64,000 bases of DNA from Octopus bimaculoides (lineage: Eukaryota): contig NC_068981.1 of assembly GCF_001194135.2 (NCBI RefSeq), positions 21,608,792-21,672,791 of the forward strand, given 5' to 3'. The notes under the pieces were generated by a model. The model was not told where the DNA came from. It did not search any database and saw nothing but the letters and a program-made list of their open reading frames with translations. The translations under genes and the position numbers were made by a program. Below, one piece after another: positions 10,021 through 22,491 of the stretch. Positions within the stretch are counted from its first letter, which is position 1. Each line of letters begins with the position of its first letter.

Positions 10021-12752
10021 AGGAAATATGTTTTTATATTAAATTTGTGTTTTCTACTCACGACTAGCTAGCGCGGACGCGCGAACTTTCGAGAAATAGA
10101 TAGATAGAATGACAGACAGACAGACAGACATATAGCTCGCTCCGGCCAGTCATGGTATTAGCTGTCAGTAGCCAAAGAATCGACAGGCCAGCAACAGGCA
10201 GACAGACATACTTCACTAGCAGGCAGTGAGCACTTTCACTTCTGACAGCTAAAAGCATGATAGTGCCCCAACTTTGATCCCTCATAAATTTCAGAATAAT
10301 GAATATTTTTTTGATGAATTTTTCTACGATTACCTTTTGTGTAGGAATTTATCGGAATTTAATGTGAAAACAAAGAGGGAAGGGGCAGGCGAGATATTTC
10401 ATGTACCTCGCCTCCTCCCCAACCCCAACAAATTCTGATGTAATCGTAATCTATATCACCTGGAAAGGCATTTGTAGGAAATTTCATTAAAAAAATATCC
10501 ATTTTTTAATAAAAAGTTATGAGGGAACAATATCGGTCGGGGAGGACACTTGTGTAGTTCAGCCAATATTTTTATCATCGTACCTTCCAGTTTCCTGTTG
10601 ATAATAAATATATAAAATCAATAAGAATAATGTCATAAATATTTTTTTTTACATTGTGTATTGATCACGAGCAAGTTATCGAATAAGGGTATTGACTTCC
10701 ATTTTTTTCGGATATCCCATATTCTTATTAAGGATGGGCTTCCCATGAGTAAAGTCAGGATTCTTGATAGTCAGTGGTCGATTGAAGTCTGGAAATGATA
10801 CCCTAAAAAAACCACCTTTGCCCGTTCGTATACTTTGATCTCTTGAGAATAAAGGGAGATAATAGATATCTGCTGGAGGAGTTCAATTAAGGAAGTACTG
10901 GTTGGGCGAATTTGATATTGTCCGTATTGGAAAGCTCGTCAGACGATGAACCGAAGCATTATGGTCAATGTATTTCTTTAAAACATGAGAAGTACATGTG
11001 ATAAATTTATTTATATCATGTTCTGTTAAAATTTATTTACACACACCTGACAAATGCAACATGTATGTCATATCGTCGGTGTCAATCGATCTCCAGGTTA
11101 TATATCACACACTTTCAACGAAGCACTCGATCAAGCTTAGTTTCGTGTTCAAGTAATATTCTGCGAACGATACTGGTCATCTCTTTTTATCCCCTTTCTT
11201 TTTTTTTATGTTCCCAAAACAATGAAACATGATTACATTTTTTCCCAGAATTCTCTTAACCCAACAGTTGTGACAATAAATTGTAATATTCCTTTTACCC
11301 AAGAATTTTTTCCTTGATGTGCAGAAAGTAGCGATTTTTTTCCTTCTTATGAATCTGGTCTGGTCCTTATTGCCCCCCCCCCATCTTTTCTGCATATTAT
11401 ATTTATTACCGCACTCTTTGTAAACGAGTTCATTCTTTTGTTACATTAAATTTTAAATGCCTCCTTATCAGTAATCATTTTTTGAAGAGTTATTTTATTT
11501 TCCCCTTAAATGGGACAATTCTATATCTTGTCATAAAACTACTGATAATATAGTTGTATAACAAGCTACTTGACAGAAAGTGGTTTAGAGCAATGAGATT
11601 TATTTTCAGTCCATAAACTGTGGCAGTATTTTAGATAATCTGTTTTGGTACTAACAAGCAGGGTTTGCAAATTCTTCATATTCTGATCGTTTTCAGATGA
11701 GAAAAACAATGGGGGCCTTTTGATAATAATGAAATGTTTAAGTTTTACTAATTAGCCAATTAAGTTCTCAAATCGATTTCTTATCTGTTTTTGAATACTG
11801 TATAATCGTTGACTATTCTTTTTTCTTTCTGATGTATATATCTACATATTCTTTCGTAAATAAATTTTGTATAATAGAATTGGTTCTTTTATGTGACTTC
11901 CATTGTACGCATCGCAGTCTGTTCCATCACCACACGAAAATCACAAGGGAGAAAAAAAGGTTGAGAAATACTATAAAAATTCTGGAACTTAACAATTAAA
12001 ACATTGAGATATTTTTAGCCATAGAGCACATCTTATATTCTAAAATCAGATAATAATTCTGGAAATATATTAAATTTAGGCCCCCCCCCCTAACAAATCA
12101 GTACGTGTCTCTGGTGATAACCAGTTCTTAAAGATCTAGGTAAAATGATGATTTTTAATACAATGGAAAAGATATTAAAACTAATTCTATTAACGACCAT
12201 ATTTTATTGCTCAGATTTCTAACAAAATTTATTTTGATACAGCTTTTTGCTCAAGTCGAATGAAAAAAAAATCGTTGGATCTGCTTGATATCCCACAGTT
12301 TTTCTTGAAGAACTTAAAGCTTAAATTTTTGAAACTAATGTCTAAATTTATTATTCACTTGCAAAACAGTCAGTAGAAAATTTTTTTAATCTTTCCCCTT
12401 TAGACAAAAAGGTGTTCCTACAAGAGATTTAAAACAAAACAAAGATAAAAAAAAATTATCGACTCTATGTAATGCTAATTAAATAAAATCGATAATTAAA
12501 GACTGATTCATACACTATTTCTCGACATTTTGGTTTAATGCAGATATACGCTACTAAAACCAAAGATTGTCCATTTTTGTCTTAATGAGACTTACAGTTC
12601 AGATTTTTATATAAAAAAAGATTGACGTCTCCTAGTGAAATTTTAGTTTGTTTCAATGAATGGGCGAAATATTTAAATAATAAAGTTTAAGTAATACATA
12701 CTATTACAACCGTCTCATGGACAGGTGTAAAGGGCACGGAATTGGCAGGCAG

Positions 12753-12873
12753 AAATGTAAACGATTAAATTTCACAGAACGATTAAATGTAAACGATTAA
12801 ATTTCACAGAACGATTAAATGTAAACGATTAAATTTCACAGAACGATTAAATGTAAACGATTAAATTTCACAG
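12753..12873. repeat. Perfect 32-bp minisatellite, about 3.8 copies
   Basis: Unit aaatgtaaacgattaaatttcacagaacgatt starts at 12753, 12785, 12817 and 12849. Confidence 0.95.
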
Positions 12874-13107
12874 TGGTCCAACCACTGCAAAGAACATTTT
12901 TTATTATTGTACAGAAACCACTTTTCATTGCAAATTACAATGTGGTCAAGATATAGATTGGTCTGGTGATGGAGAAGAAGTGATGAGCAAATTTCATATC
13001 TGCGCATTTTCTGATTAAAAAAAATTCAAAATCCTGTAAAAATCCAGTACAAATTCTTCATGGTTCAAAATGTTGCTTACTTTTTACTCAACCTGATAGA
13101 TAATGCC

Positions 13108-13286
13108 TAACTCTTTAGCATTCAGATTGCTCTGCTATATGTAATGCTTACTACAAGATTTCAATGACGTAATTGTTTATCTTTAGAATGATATTGTAAT
13201 GTAGGTGTGAGACTGGATCTGTTTGGCTTGAACATAAGATAAAGTATTTTGGTCAGATATGGTTAGCGTAAATGCTAAAGGGTTAA
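13108..13286 (-). mobile_element. piggyBac-type MITE (TTAA/CCCT ends)
   Basis: Ends taactctttagca...tgctaaagggttaa. Related copies at about 21640-21870, 34540-34750, 41095-41190 and 55331-55537. Confidence 0.6.
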
Positions 13287-13669
13287 ATCCAACTCGGCTT
13301 ATGGAGGGGAGGTAATCTCAAAATTCAAACATTAATGTCCTGAAGAAAATGGAAAGGTTTCTGTTTGGAGATAAGCTTAATAGCTGTCATCAGCATGACA
13401 ATTGTTTGACTTATACAAAACAGAGTAGAACACATTTATGGTGTATGTAATTAGCATAATTTAAACAAAATGAACTGAGAGAAATGATCAGTGTCCTTAT
13501 ATCACCAGACAGTAAACCTCTCCCTTTCCTTAATGGCATGTCAATTTTGGAGAATTCTTGAATCTTTAGATTATCTCCCCTTCTCTTATGGCCTCTTGGT
13601 AATTATGACATATCATCTAGAGCAATGGTTCTCAACTGGGGTCCATATGGCCCCTGATGGTCCATATAA

Positions 13670-13995
13670 CGTGGTCTTTCCTCTTGTTCTTGATGATTTG
13701 GGATAAAAATTGGCCCTTTCCCATCTTGGATGAAGAATACTGACATTCTTCATGCACTACCTGCCTGATTAGAAACTCAGACACTCCTATGTCCCTGGCG
13801 ATGGGCCTGAATGACTTGGAGAGATCATTGTCAATCACGGCCTGGATCTTACCAACAAATTCAAGAGTTCTTTTCTTATCAGAATGATCAGAGTGAGTTT
13901 TCTGGGCTGCTGTACCTTTGTAATCACTATTAGACTCATCCAAATCTTTCCGAATCCTCTGCACTGTCCTCAGATTGATACCCAAGCACTCTGAA
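13670..13995 (-). mobile_element. Tc1/mariner-superfamily transposase N-terminal (HTH) fragment
   Basis: ORF 13632-13985: NLRTVQRIRKDL...FRPIARDIGVSEFLIRQVVHE. Confidence 0.7.
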
Positions 13996-14185
13996 ATGGT
14001 GGAGCTTCTGACATGCTGGGCAAAATGCTTAGCAGCATTTCTTCCGACTTAACAGTCTGAGTTGGGTTAACATTGCCATTCATCCTTTTGGGGTTGATAA
14101 AATAAGTATCAGTTGAACACTGGGGTCAATGTTATCAACTTAGCCCCTTTTCTAAAATTGCTGGCCTTGTGCCAAAATTTGAAAC
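13996..14185 (+). mobile_element. SINE with Meta-domain-like core
   Basis: ttgccattcatcctttt..ggggttgataaaataagtatcag resembles the MetaSINE central domain (from recall). Relatives near 17760, 20900-21250, 50430-50570 and 53070-53300. Confidence 0.55.
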
Positions 14186-14220
14186 AAGTATTTACTTTAA
14201 TTATTTTCTTTCTGTTTCAG

Positions 14221-14259
14221 CATTATAGATAAACCAGGAGAGGAGAATATGGAAACTAA
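14221..14259 (+). CDS. RNF31: HOIP-like coding exon 2 (39 nt, phase 2-2)
   Basis: Acceptor ttttctttctgtttcag and donor gtaagt. Open frame (S)IIDKPGEENMET. Confidence 0.6.
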
Positions 14260-14365
14260 GTAAGTTTATTTTTTTCTTTTGTATTTCCAATCAAAGTGTT
14301 TTGTGATCTCTGTTGCTATTATGTTTTTTTGTTCTCATCTGTAATGTTATATATAAGGTCTTAAA

Positions 14366-14611
14366 NNNNNNNNNNNNNNNNNNNNNNNNNNNNNNNNNNN
14401 NNNNNNNNNNNNNNNNNNNNNNNNNNNNNNNNNNNNNNNNNNNNNNNNNNNNNNNNNNNNNNNNNNNNNNNNNNNNNNNNNNNNNNNNNNNNNNNNNNNN
14501 NNNNNNNNNNNNNNNNNNNNNNNNNNNNNNNNNNNNNNNNNNNNNNNNNNNNNNNNNNNNNNNNNNNNNNNNNNNNNNNNNNNNNNNNNNNNNNNNNNNN
14601 NNNNNNNNNNN
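14366..14611. other. Assembly gap
   Basis: Run of N. Confidence 1.
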
Positions 14612-14890
14612 AGACACGTATACCCTTAACGTAGTTCTCGGGAATATTCATCATGACACAGTGTGACAAGGCTGACCCTTTGAATTACAGGCACAACAGA
14701 AACAGGAAGTAAGAGTGAGAGAAAGTTGTGAAAGATTACAGCAGGGTTCCCCACCATTCCCTGCCGGACCTTGTGGAGTTTTAGGTGTTTTCGCTCAATA
14801 AAAGCTCACAACTCTCGGTCTGGGAATCAAAACCGCGATCCTATGACCGCGAGTCCGCTGCCCTAACCACTGGGCCATTGTACGTCCACC
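14612..14890 (-). mobile_element. tRNA-derived SINE, same family as 24796-25175
   Basis: Reverse complement of the A-box/B-box head and body. Tail is cut by the gap. Confidence 0.85.
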
Positions 14891-15446
14891 TCTAGGGAGT
14901 AATGATCAGGTAAACAGCTGGAGGGTAAAATAAAATAGGGGAAACACAAAGATGAGTCCTTTTGGTAGGTACAAGTGGATAGGGTATGCAATTAGCTTGT
15001 TCAGAGAAGCATATGTTGTTCTAGCTATGGTAGAAGTTGTTGACAAAAGAAACAATACATCTGGGTGAGATGTGAATATTTGTCAGTCAGTTCTTTTGGA
15101 TATGGTCCTGTGTGTATCAGAAGCACTGTCCCAGATTTATGAGTAATATTCCAATATAGATGACATTTAATCTTTCTAAAAAGTCAGCAACTTATGAAGG
15201 ATGAAGTATTTTCTGATCCTGAAGATGAATCCTTGTGTTTAGGATGTATTGGCTCATCTCATAAATAATGCATTTTTTTCAGTTGCATGAACTAAAAGTC
15301 AGAGGGGGATGGGATAAACTACCTGCACCAGCTTGCTATAAAAGCAGGTAGTAATTTTACCTTGTTCTTATTTTTAGTGCACTTATTCTTAGTGCAAGTT
15401 TTGAAGAGTGCAGTTTGATTTTAGCAGTTATTTTTTCAAAGCTATA

Positions 15447-16421
15447 ATGGAAGTGACAAAGGAACATATTTGGCATATTTTGTTTTATGAGTTCAATAAA
15501 GGCAACAACTCAAAGGAAAGTGTGAGAAATATTAATGCAGTGTATGGGGATTGGACAATAAGTGTAAGCCAGTGTCAATGGTGGTTCCAGAAATTCCGAA
15601 CCTAGAAGATGAGTCTCATCCTGGAAGACCAGTAGAGCTTGACAAGGACCTCCTGCAAACCCTGGTAGAACAAAATCCCATCGTAACTGTTGAGGAACTA
15701 GCAGAAAAGCTTGGATTTGGTAATTCAACCAAATCAACGGGTTCCTCACAAACTTTCTGAGTCTAATCATGTGCTGAGAGTGAATGTGTGCTCTTCTTTG
15801 CTGTCACATCTCACGAATGAACCTTTTTGGGACTGAGTAGTGACTAGTGATGAGAAATGGGTTCTCTGTAAAAATGTCAAGCATCAAAGACAATGAGTAG
15901 GGAATGGAGAAACACCAGCACCTCCGGCTAAAAAGGTCTTCACCCACATAAGGCGTTGTTATCTGTTTGAAATATGAAAGGTTTAGTCCACTTTGAACTT
16001 TTAAATCCAGATCAAACAATAACAAAGGAGATCCACTGTGAGCAGCTTGAGTGGCTTAAGTCAGTGCTAGAAGAAAAAAAAACGACCATCTTTGGTTTCA
16101 AGAGGAAAGGTGTTCTTCCATCAGGATAATGCTTGGTCATATACAGCGAGGATGACATTCCAAAGGCTAGAGCCATTTGAATGGGAAACGATGCCCCACC
16201 CACCATATTCGCCAGACATGACTCCATCTGATTATCATTTATTCTGCATCCTTCAAAATCATTTAGACTGAAAAAATAGGAATTCTGTAGACGAGGTCAG
16301 AACAGTACTGGAGGAGTATTTTTTGTCATGGACAAGTGAATTTTGGAAGAGGGGCCTTGCAAATCTACCAGATAGATGGAAGAGTATTGTAGAAAATGAA
16401 GGAGAGCATATTTTAGATTAA
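15447..16421 (+). mobile_element. Mariner (DD34D-type) transposase pseudogene
   Basis: MEVTKEHIWHILFYEFNKG, WFQKFR, GRP, VVTSDEKW, FHQDNA, HPPYSPDMTPSDYHLF. Several stops and frameshifts. Confidence 0.92.
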
Positions 16422-16960
16422 AAAAGGACTTTGTTTATCTTAATTTTGAAAAATAAAAGAAGTTTTAAGCTCAGTAGTGTCTGGAGAAAGATGGGAGATT
16501 GTGATGTGATGCCATTTGCATATGAAGCCTCTGTTTTATTGAAGTGTGAGAAGGCTGTTGAAACTATAATTTGAAAGAAATTGGTGAAAGTATCATTGTA
16601 GCACTCTATTTGAAACAATGACAAGTTCTGGTAGTGTTGTTCTTACCCATTACATAGGCTTCTTAGTCTGACAAGTTGTTTGCTCATAAGCATTTTTAAT
16701 GGTAGAAATCAATAATTTTGGTAAAAGAAAATAAGAGGTGAAAGCTTTGCTGATGCTAGTTAGAATGGTACATGTGGGAATGTTTTGTTGTTGACAAAGC
16801 CATTGTATATTTTCTGTGTTGTGTTTGTAAAAAGTATGGTGGTTGAGTGTAATAGTCTGAATTTGTGCTGTAATTTGGATTAGGGGATTTATGGGGTTAT
16901 GATATCAAGAATTAACCTTTTGTAGAATTTTTGAGGGTGTGCAAAGGAGGTGATGGGTCT

Positions 16961-16993
<33 letters not shown>

Positions 16994-17204
16994 TTAAGTT
17001 TTAGATTTGTTATAATTTTACTCATTTTCCAGATTTTTGGGATTTGGCAGTGCTGGTATGAGTAGTTGCAGGTGATGGTTAGAACAATAATTTCTTCAGA
17101 CATTAGGATTTTGGGTGTGTTTCTGATTTTGTTTGGGGTTTAAGTTTTTAGGTTTCCCTATTGTGTTTTGGGTGTCTCTTGAGTGTCTCTTGGAAGCAGG
17201 ACGC

Positions 17205-17285
17205 CTGTCAACCTCAACCATTGACGAGAAGATTCAGCAAGCTTGAGAGATGGTAATGATGAACCGGTTCACCATTAGAATCAGT
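17205..17285 (+). mobile_element. Short mariner transposase fragment
   Basis: GRLSTSTIDEKIQQA*EMVM resembles the GRP.T HTH linker. Confidence 0.45.
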
Positions 17286-17953
17286 TTAGGTGGAAAATGG
17301 GTAATTTTTGATTTGTGTTTGGCTTTATTGTGTGGTGAGAGATTGTTCAGAAATACCTGATAAGAGTTGTTGCTCAGTGTTGCAGCTTGGGCATGTTATT
17401 GTGACATAGTGTTGTGTGGCTGTTATTGTTGTTGTTCCTGTTGCTAATTACTCCAAAATGTTTTAGTATTTGTTTTGAGGTTTATATTGGCTACTAACAC
17501 TTGCCACTTTTCTGTTTCTATGTGGTTTACTATTTTCTTTTGTCATTTCCTTGTTTAGTTATTTGATGCTGTTTTTTTTAAAATTTCTGTTGTAAGGAAG
17601 ATGGACAGACACACTAAAGAGGAAGGTGCTGATCACCTGCCTAAGTATCTCAGGTGGATCAGAGAAGACACACATTTGCTGAAAGGAGTATTTAGCATAG
17701 AAGTAGTAGATCCTACCTGGGAGTGCAGCGGTTGAGTAGGAGCTGGCATTTTTTGAGGGTCAGACCAGTTGAACACTGGGGTCAATATAACTAACTCGCA
17801 GCCCTTTCCCCCAACAAATTCCAGGCCTTGTTCCTATAGTAAAAAGGTTATTAGAAAACTGTAACATGATACACCAGCCTTTCATTTGTCTTAATTTCTT
17901 GATTTATCTAATGTAAATGTAAAATGTCAAACATTTGTTCTCTTTGTTTAAAG

Positions 17954-17999
17954 GTGTCCAAGCCAAGAAGAAGGCCAGCAAATTGACACGAGGACTAAA
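17954..17999 (+). CDS. RNF31: HOIP-like coding exon 3 (alternative end 18005)
   Basis: Acceptor tctttgtttaaag. (K)CPSQEEGQQIDTRTK bridges phase 2 to phase 0. The donor is weak (gtagca or gtaatc). Confidence 0.45.
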
Positions 18000-19936
18000 G
18001 TAGCAGTAATCAGAGAGAATATGAAAAAAATGATATTAAATGGCTTCAGCATGGCAAACTTACATCACATTACTTTACAAATCTTGTATGTGTGTTGTAA
18101 GTTGAATATGAAGTTTGAAAAACATGATTTTACTGATCTCATCATTAAAAATGGAGAAGTGAGTAGCTCGATCTCTTCTATTTTGTTTTACCATCCATCT
18201 GTCTGTTTTGGAGATTAAGTTGAAAAACCAAAGGATATCACATTTATGATGGCATCTATAAAAAGAAAAGTCTTCGTTATAAATGCAACAATGAAATTAT
18301 TCTTTAATCAAGCAAGAAACCACATACTCCAAGTCCTCAATACAAGATAACTTATATTTTACAGTCAATTATAGGAAGGTGACTACTGTCAAATAAACAC
18401 AACAGAGCATCTTGAAAGGCTGGTAGATACTCAAGTGGTACAATATTGGATTAATTGGTAGAGATTAGTTAATCCTTCTGAGGTATGCCACATAATATAG
18501 TCTTCCAGTCATCTGAAATTTATATAACTAGCAGCAATACTTTTGCCTAAGTAATTCCTGCCTCAATATTTGTGAACTGTCAATAATGCATGTGTTTAGC
18601 ATCACCAAACACTCTTAACAATGGATGCTTTATTAATAGCTATATTGCCTAAAAACAGCTTTGAATCAATTCTCAGGCACTGCACCTCTTTGTCACTTAT
18701 AGTATCTACCTCCCAGCACCTCAGTGTTTCCAACTACTATCTCCCCCTCTTCCTCCTTATCCCTTTCATTACCATTGCCACGATTATTGTGAAGAATATT
18801 TCCAATAATATTGATTGGTTTGATTATTTCGATCAGTATTCAATTTTGTCTTTATACAATTCCTTATTCTCCCTTATAGACGGAATAGTTTAATTTACTG
18901 TATCTTTACTCATACTTAAGTATCCAAATTATATACAAAAATACATTTGCCTCTGGTTAAAATAATTATTATATATGTTTAATAGTAATCAATATTGATT
19001 CCTTTTCTGTGAGACTTGAAGATGCAAATATGGTGTGTTGAAATTTTCAGTGGATTTTACTTTGGAGCTGAATAAAATAACTTGATAAATTATTGGCTCA
19101 TTATCAAAACACTGTTAGTACACCAGCAATTTGATGATTTATTTTCTAAGTTGCTAAAGACGGATCAACCTGACAGAATTGAAACTGGTCTGACTGATTC
19201 ATTTTTGTGTATATCTGAAAATATCGTATATAAAGAGACAAGAGGTTTCCATCTGTTTATTTCACACAATGTTGGTTCAAATCGATTGGTATATTATGTG
19301 GTGTTGTTTAGCATTAGAAAATAATTTACTCTTTGTCTTCTGTGATTAAATTTTGGGATTTAAGAACCACATATTTTAGTGAGATGATTTAAAAATAGTG
19401 ATAATTTTTAACCCATTTGTTACCATTTTTCTGTTGATACATGGTCCTTATTTCATTTAATTTTGAAAATAATAAAGAATTTATTAAAATCATTTTGTCA
19501 TCATTAAGCTAGTGTTTGGAACATAAACTAACTTTAAAACAGGGAACTTGTATCATACAATTAGGGATGGTTTCAGACAGGTTGCTATGAAAAGGAATAA
19601 ATAAATTTTACCCATTTTCAACTTACCACATACATTATAGAAGAATCACCAAAACATTTTCTTTATTTTTCTTCTCTCCTTTTTCTTTTCTATCTTTCCT
19701 TTATGGAAAATCACTGTTTGAAACATTGAAGTATCCCTTGTTTTTCTTCTTTATAATATACAATTAATTATGCTGTACTCCTGTTTGATGTTGTTTTATT
19801 TAATTCATGAAACCCTTAAAAATTTTACTGTATTTTATTTGTTGTCAATATTAATACTAGCGAGAAATAATTAGTAGTAAACCCTTATTAGAGAGATATC
19901 TAATTCCATTTTTTTAAAAAATGTTTTCTTTTATAG

Positions 19937-20068
19937 AGCAATCTACCTATCATCCAAAATTTTTTGTTATACCTTCAAAATCTTTGTAATGATCTGCTAA
20001 AAGCAACAGCTAGTACCAAACTGCAGATAATTCCCAAAAGATGTTATGATGATATTAAAAAAGTGAAA
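19937..20068 (+). CDS. RNF31: HOIP-like exon 4, PUB domain N-half
   Basis: tttatag / gtaagt, 132 nt. SNLPIIQNFLLYLQNLCNDLLKATASTKLQIIPKRCYDDIKKVK. Confidence 0.8.
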
Positions 20069-20742
20069 GTAAGTAACTTCTTTCATTTCTAATCAAATTT
20101 TTTTCTCTGAACTGTCATAGTGGTAGTAGTAGTGGTGGTGGAGGGGTATGTAAGGAAGAATAGCTAGGCTTGCAAATGCCATAAGTAAATCATCATCAAC
20201 TCTTGGATATTATTGTCTTGAGTTCAAGGACTTATAGGGCCAGTCGCCCCAGCTTCCATGGCTTTTAATTGATCAAGAGTATACTGTCTCCCTTTGAATA
20301 GGATGTCAGTCTGTCACAGGGTTAGTAATTTACAGTTGAGTGGACTGGATCAATGTGAAAGAAAGTGTATTATTCAAGAACAAAATGCATTGCCCAGTTC
20401 TGGGAATTTAAACCAAAATCTGTGATCCTGAATGCAGCATCCTAACTACTAGGCCACATGCCTTTTTACAGTACAGTTCTTTCTAAAAAAAAAGTGAAAT
20501 AGTATAGTTACAAAACTAATTGACAAAAACAATTAGACTAAATTCCAGCAATAATGGAAACTTCTTCTTACCATCCTATTTTACATTGAAATGCAGAACA
20601 GAAATTTGTAGGGATGGATAATCAACCTGGTGCCTTCTCTTTGTCTAGGGTCAACTTATCAAGACTCTCCTGCTGTGATGTGCTGCATGCATGCAGTCAG
20701 CCAGGCTTTTGTTTCCAGTCCATTCTTTGATATTCACCATTG

Positions 20743-20900
20743 TCGTTTAACGTCCGCTTTCCATGCTAGCATGGGTTGGACGATTTGACTGAGGACTGGT
20801 GAACCAGATGGCTACACCAAGCTCCAATCTGATTTGGCAGAGTTTCTACAGCTGGATGCCCTTCCTAATGCCAACCACTCCAAGAGTGTAGTGGGTGCTT
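20743..20900 (-). mobile_element. RTE-type 3' tail copy
   Basis: tcgtttaacgtccgctttccatgctagcatgggttggacg... nearly identical to the other copies. Confidence 0.9.
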
Positions 20901-22491
20901 GAGTATATCAACTTCAGTACTTGACTAGTACTCTATTTTATTTACCTTGGAAGAGTGAAAGATAAAGTTGATTTTAGTGAGAATTAAAACCTGGACATAA
21001 AAGACTAGAATAAATTCCAAAGGCATTTACACTGATGCTCTACCAACTCTGTAAAACAACCACCCTTAATTGGTTCTGATTTAGTTGCATAACCAACAGG
21101 CTTGAAAGGAGGTGGGTCAAGTGGATAACATCAACCCCAGTAAGATGAAAACCAAGGTTGACTTTGGTAATATTTGAACTCAGAACATAAACATTTGGAA
21201 CAAATGTTGCAAAGCATTTTCCTAATGCTCTAATGATTCTGCCAATTCACTGCTCTTTATAACAATGGTGATGATGATGATGTTGCTGCTGCTGATGTAT
21301 TATCAGTTACTACACAAAATGTGATTCAACTACCCATAATATCATATATAAGAGACAAATCTTACTTGAGAGACAATGCTTTCTTGATTCTTCTACATCA
21401 AAGAATTATATTTATGAAATGCAAAAAGAATAATGGTGTTATTATTTAAAACTCTCAACAAATATCTAAATCTCAGTAGACGAAGAAAAGAATATTGATT
21501 TTTGGAGTGATCAGTTTTCTTTTCTTTCTTATACAGCAGATGGCTGGCTGATACAGCATCCCAATTACCTTATATGGGTTAAGTAAATATTGACCAGTAG
21601 AATAGTTAATCATTGATTTTTGATGGTTGTCATTCATTTATTATACTGGCCCTTTACTAATTAAACTGACCATATTTGGCCCAAATATTCTACTTATTTT
21701 TATGTTTAAACTATCCAGATCTGGCTGCTCACACCTGTCCCACAATGTCATTCTAAAAATAAACAATGGCATCATCAAACTCTCAAAACTATGAAGTAAT
21801 GTATGATTAATTGAAAACAGCATGAATAAATAAACATTGCATTTGACAGAGTAATCTGAATGCTAAATCACTGGATTAAAGTATGTAGATTGGTGAAAAT
21901 ATCCGTGTAGTGCATTTGTGCATCATGAGATGAAATCTGATCACTTACACAGACAACATATACTAACAGACAGATACATTATATAATGCTCATTTATACA
22001 TACAGCTGTGGTGGCTAGTGGTCATCTCCACTTCTATGGTTTGTAGTGGTCATTTTATACACATATATGCTATCTATTAAGTCATTACACTCTAGATATG
22101 ACACATAGGTATGGTATGTAGTGGTAATTTTACAGGGACACACAGCTATGATGTGTAACAGTTATTTTATATGCTAGATACAGTGCTACACAGATATGGT
22201 GTGTTGTAGTCATTTTACATACTAGATCCAGTGAAAATACTATGGTGTGTAGTAGTCTCAGCTATGGTTTGTAGTTATTTACATACATGCTAGTTGCAAT
22301 GACACACACAGAACTACTATGTGTTGTGGTCACTTACATGGAAGATAACAGCCATATTATGACAGTAATAACAGGAAACAAAATATCATTACTATACATC
22401 ATTACTTTCCGATTTTAGTCTTTAGTAGTTCTTTATTTTCTGTTTGTTTCTTTCACTTTTCATGTTTTAAGTTAATTTTCTGTTATTCTAG

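Noticed and set aside
12753-12873. 32-bp repeats of CRISPR-like length
   Set aside because: Units are contiguous with no unique spacers, there are no cas genes, and the context is eukaryotic.
16500-17560. T/G-rich repeat region resembling 60240-60900
   Set aside because: Probably a decayed repeat family, but I could not recover a diagnostic motif or ends.
18021-18218. ORF continuing in frame from exon 3
   Set aside because: It ends in a stop with no homology, so it is treated as intron read-through. A longer exon 3 cannot be excluded without RNA data.
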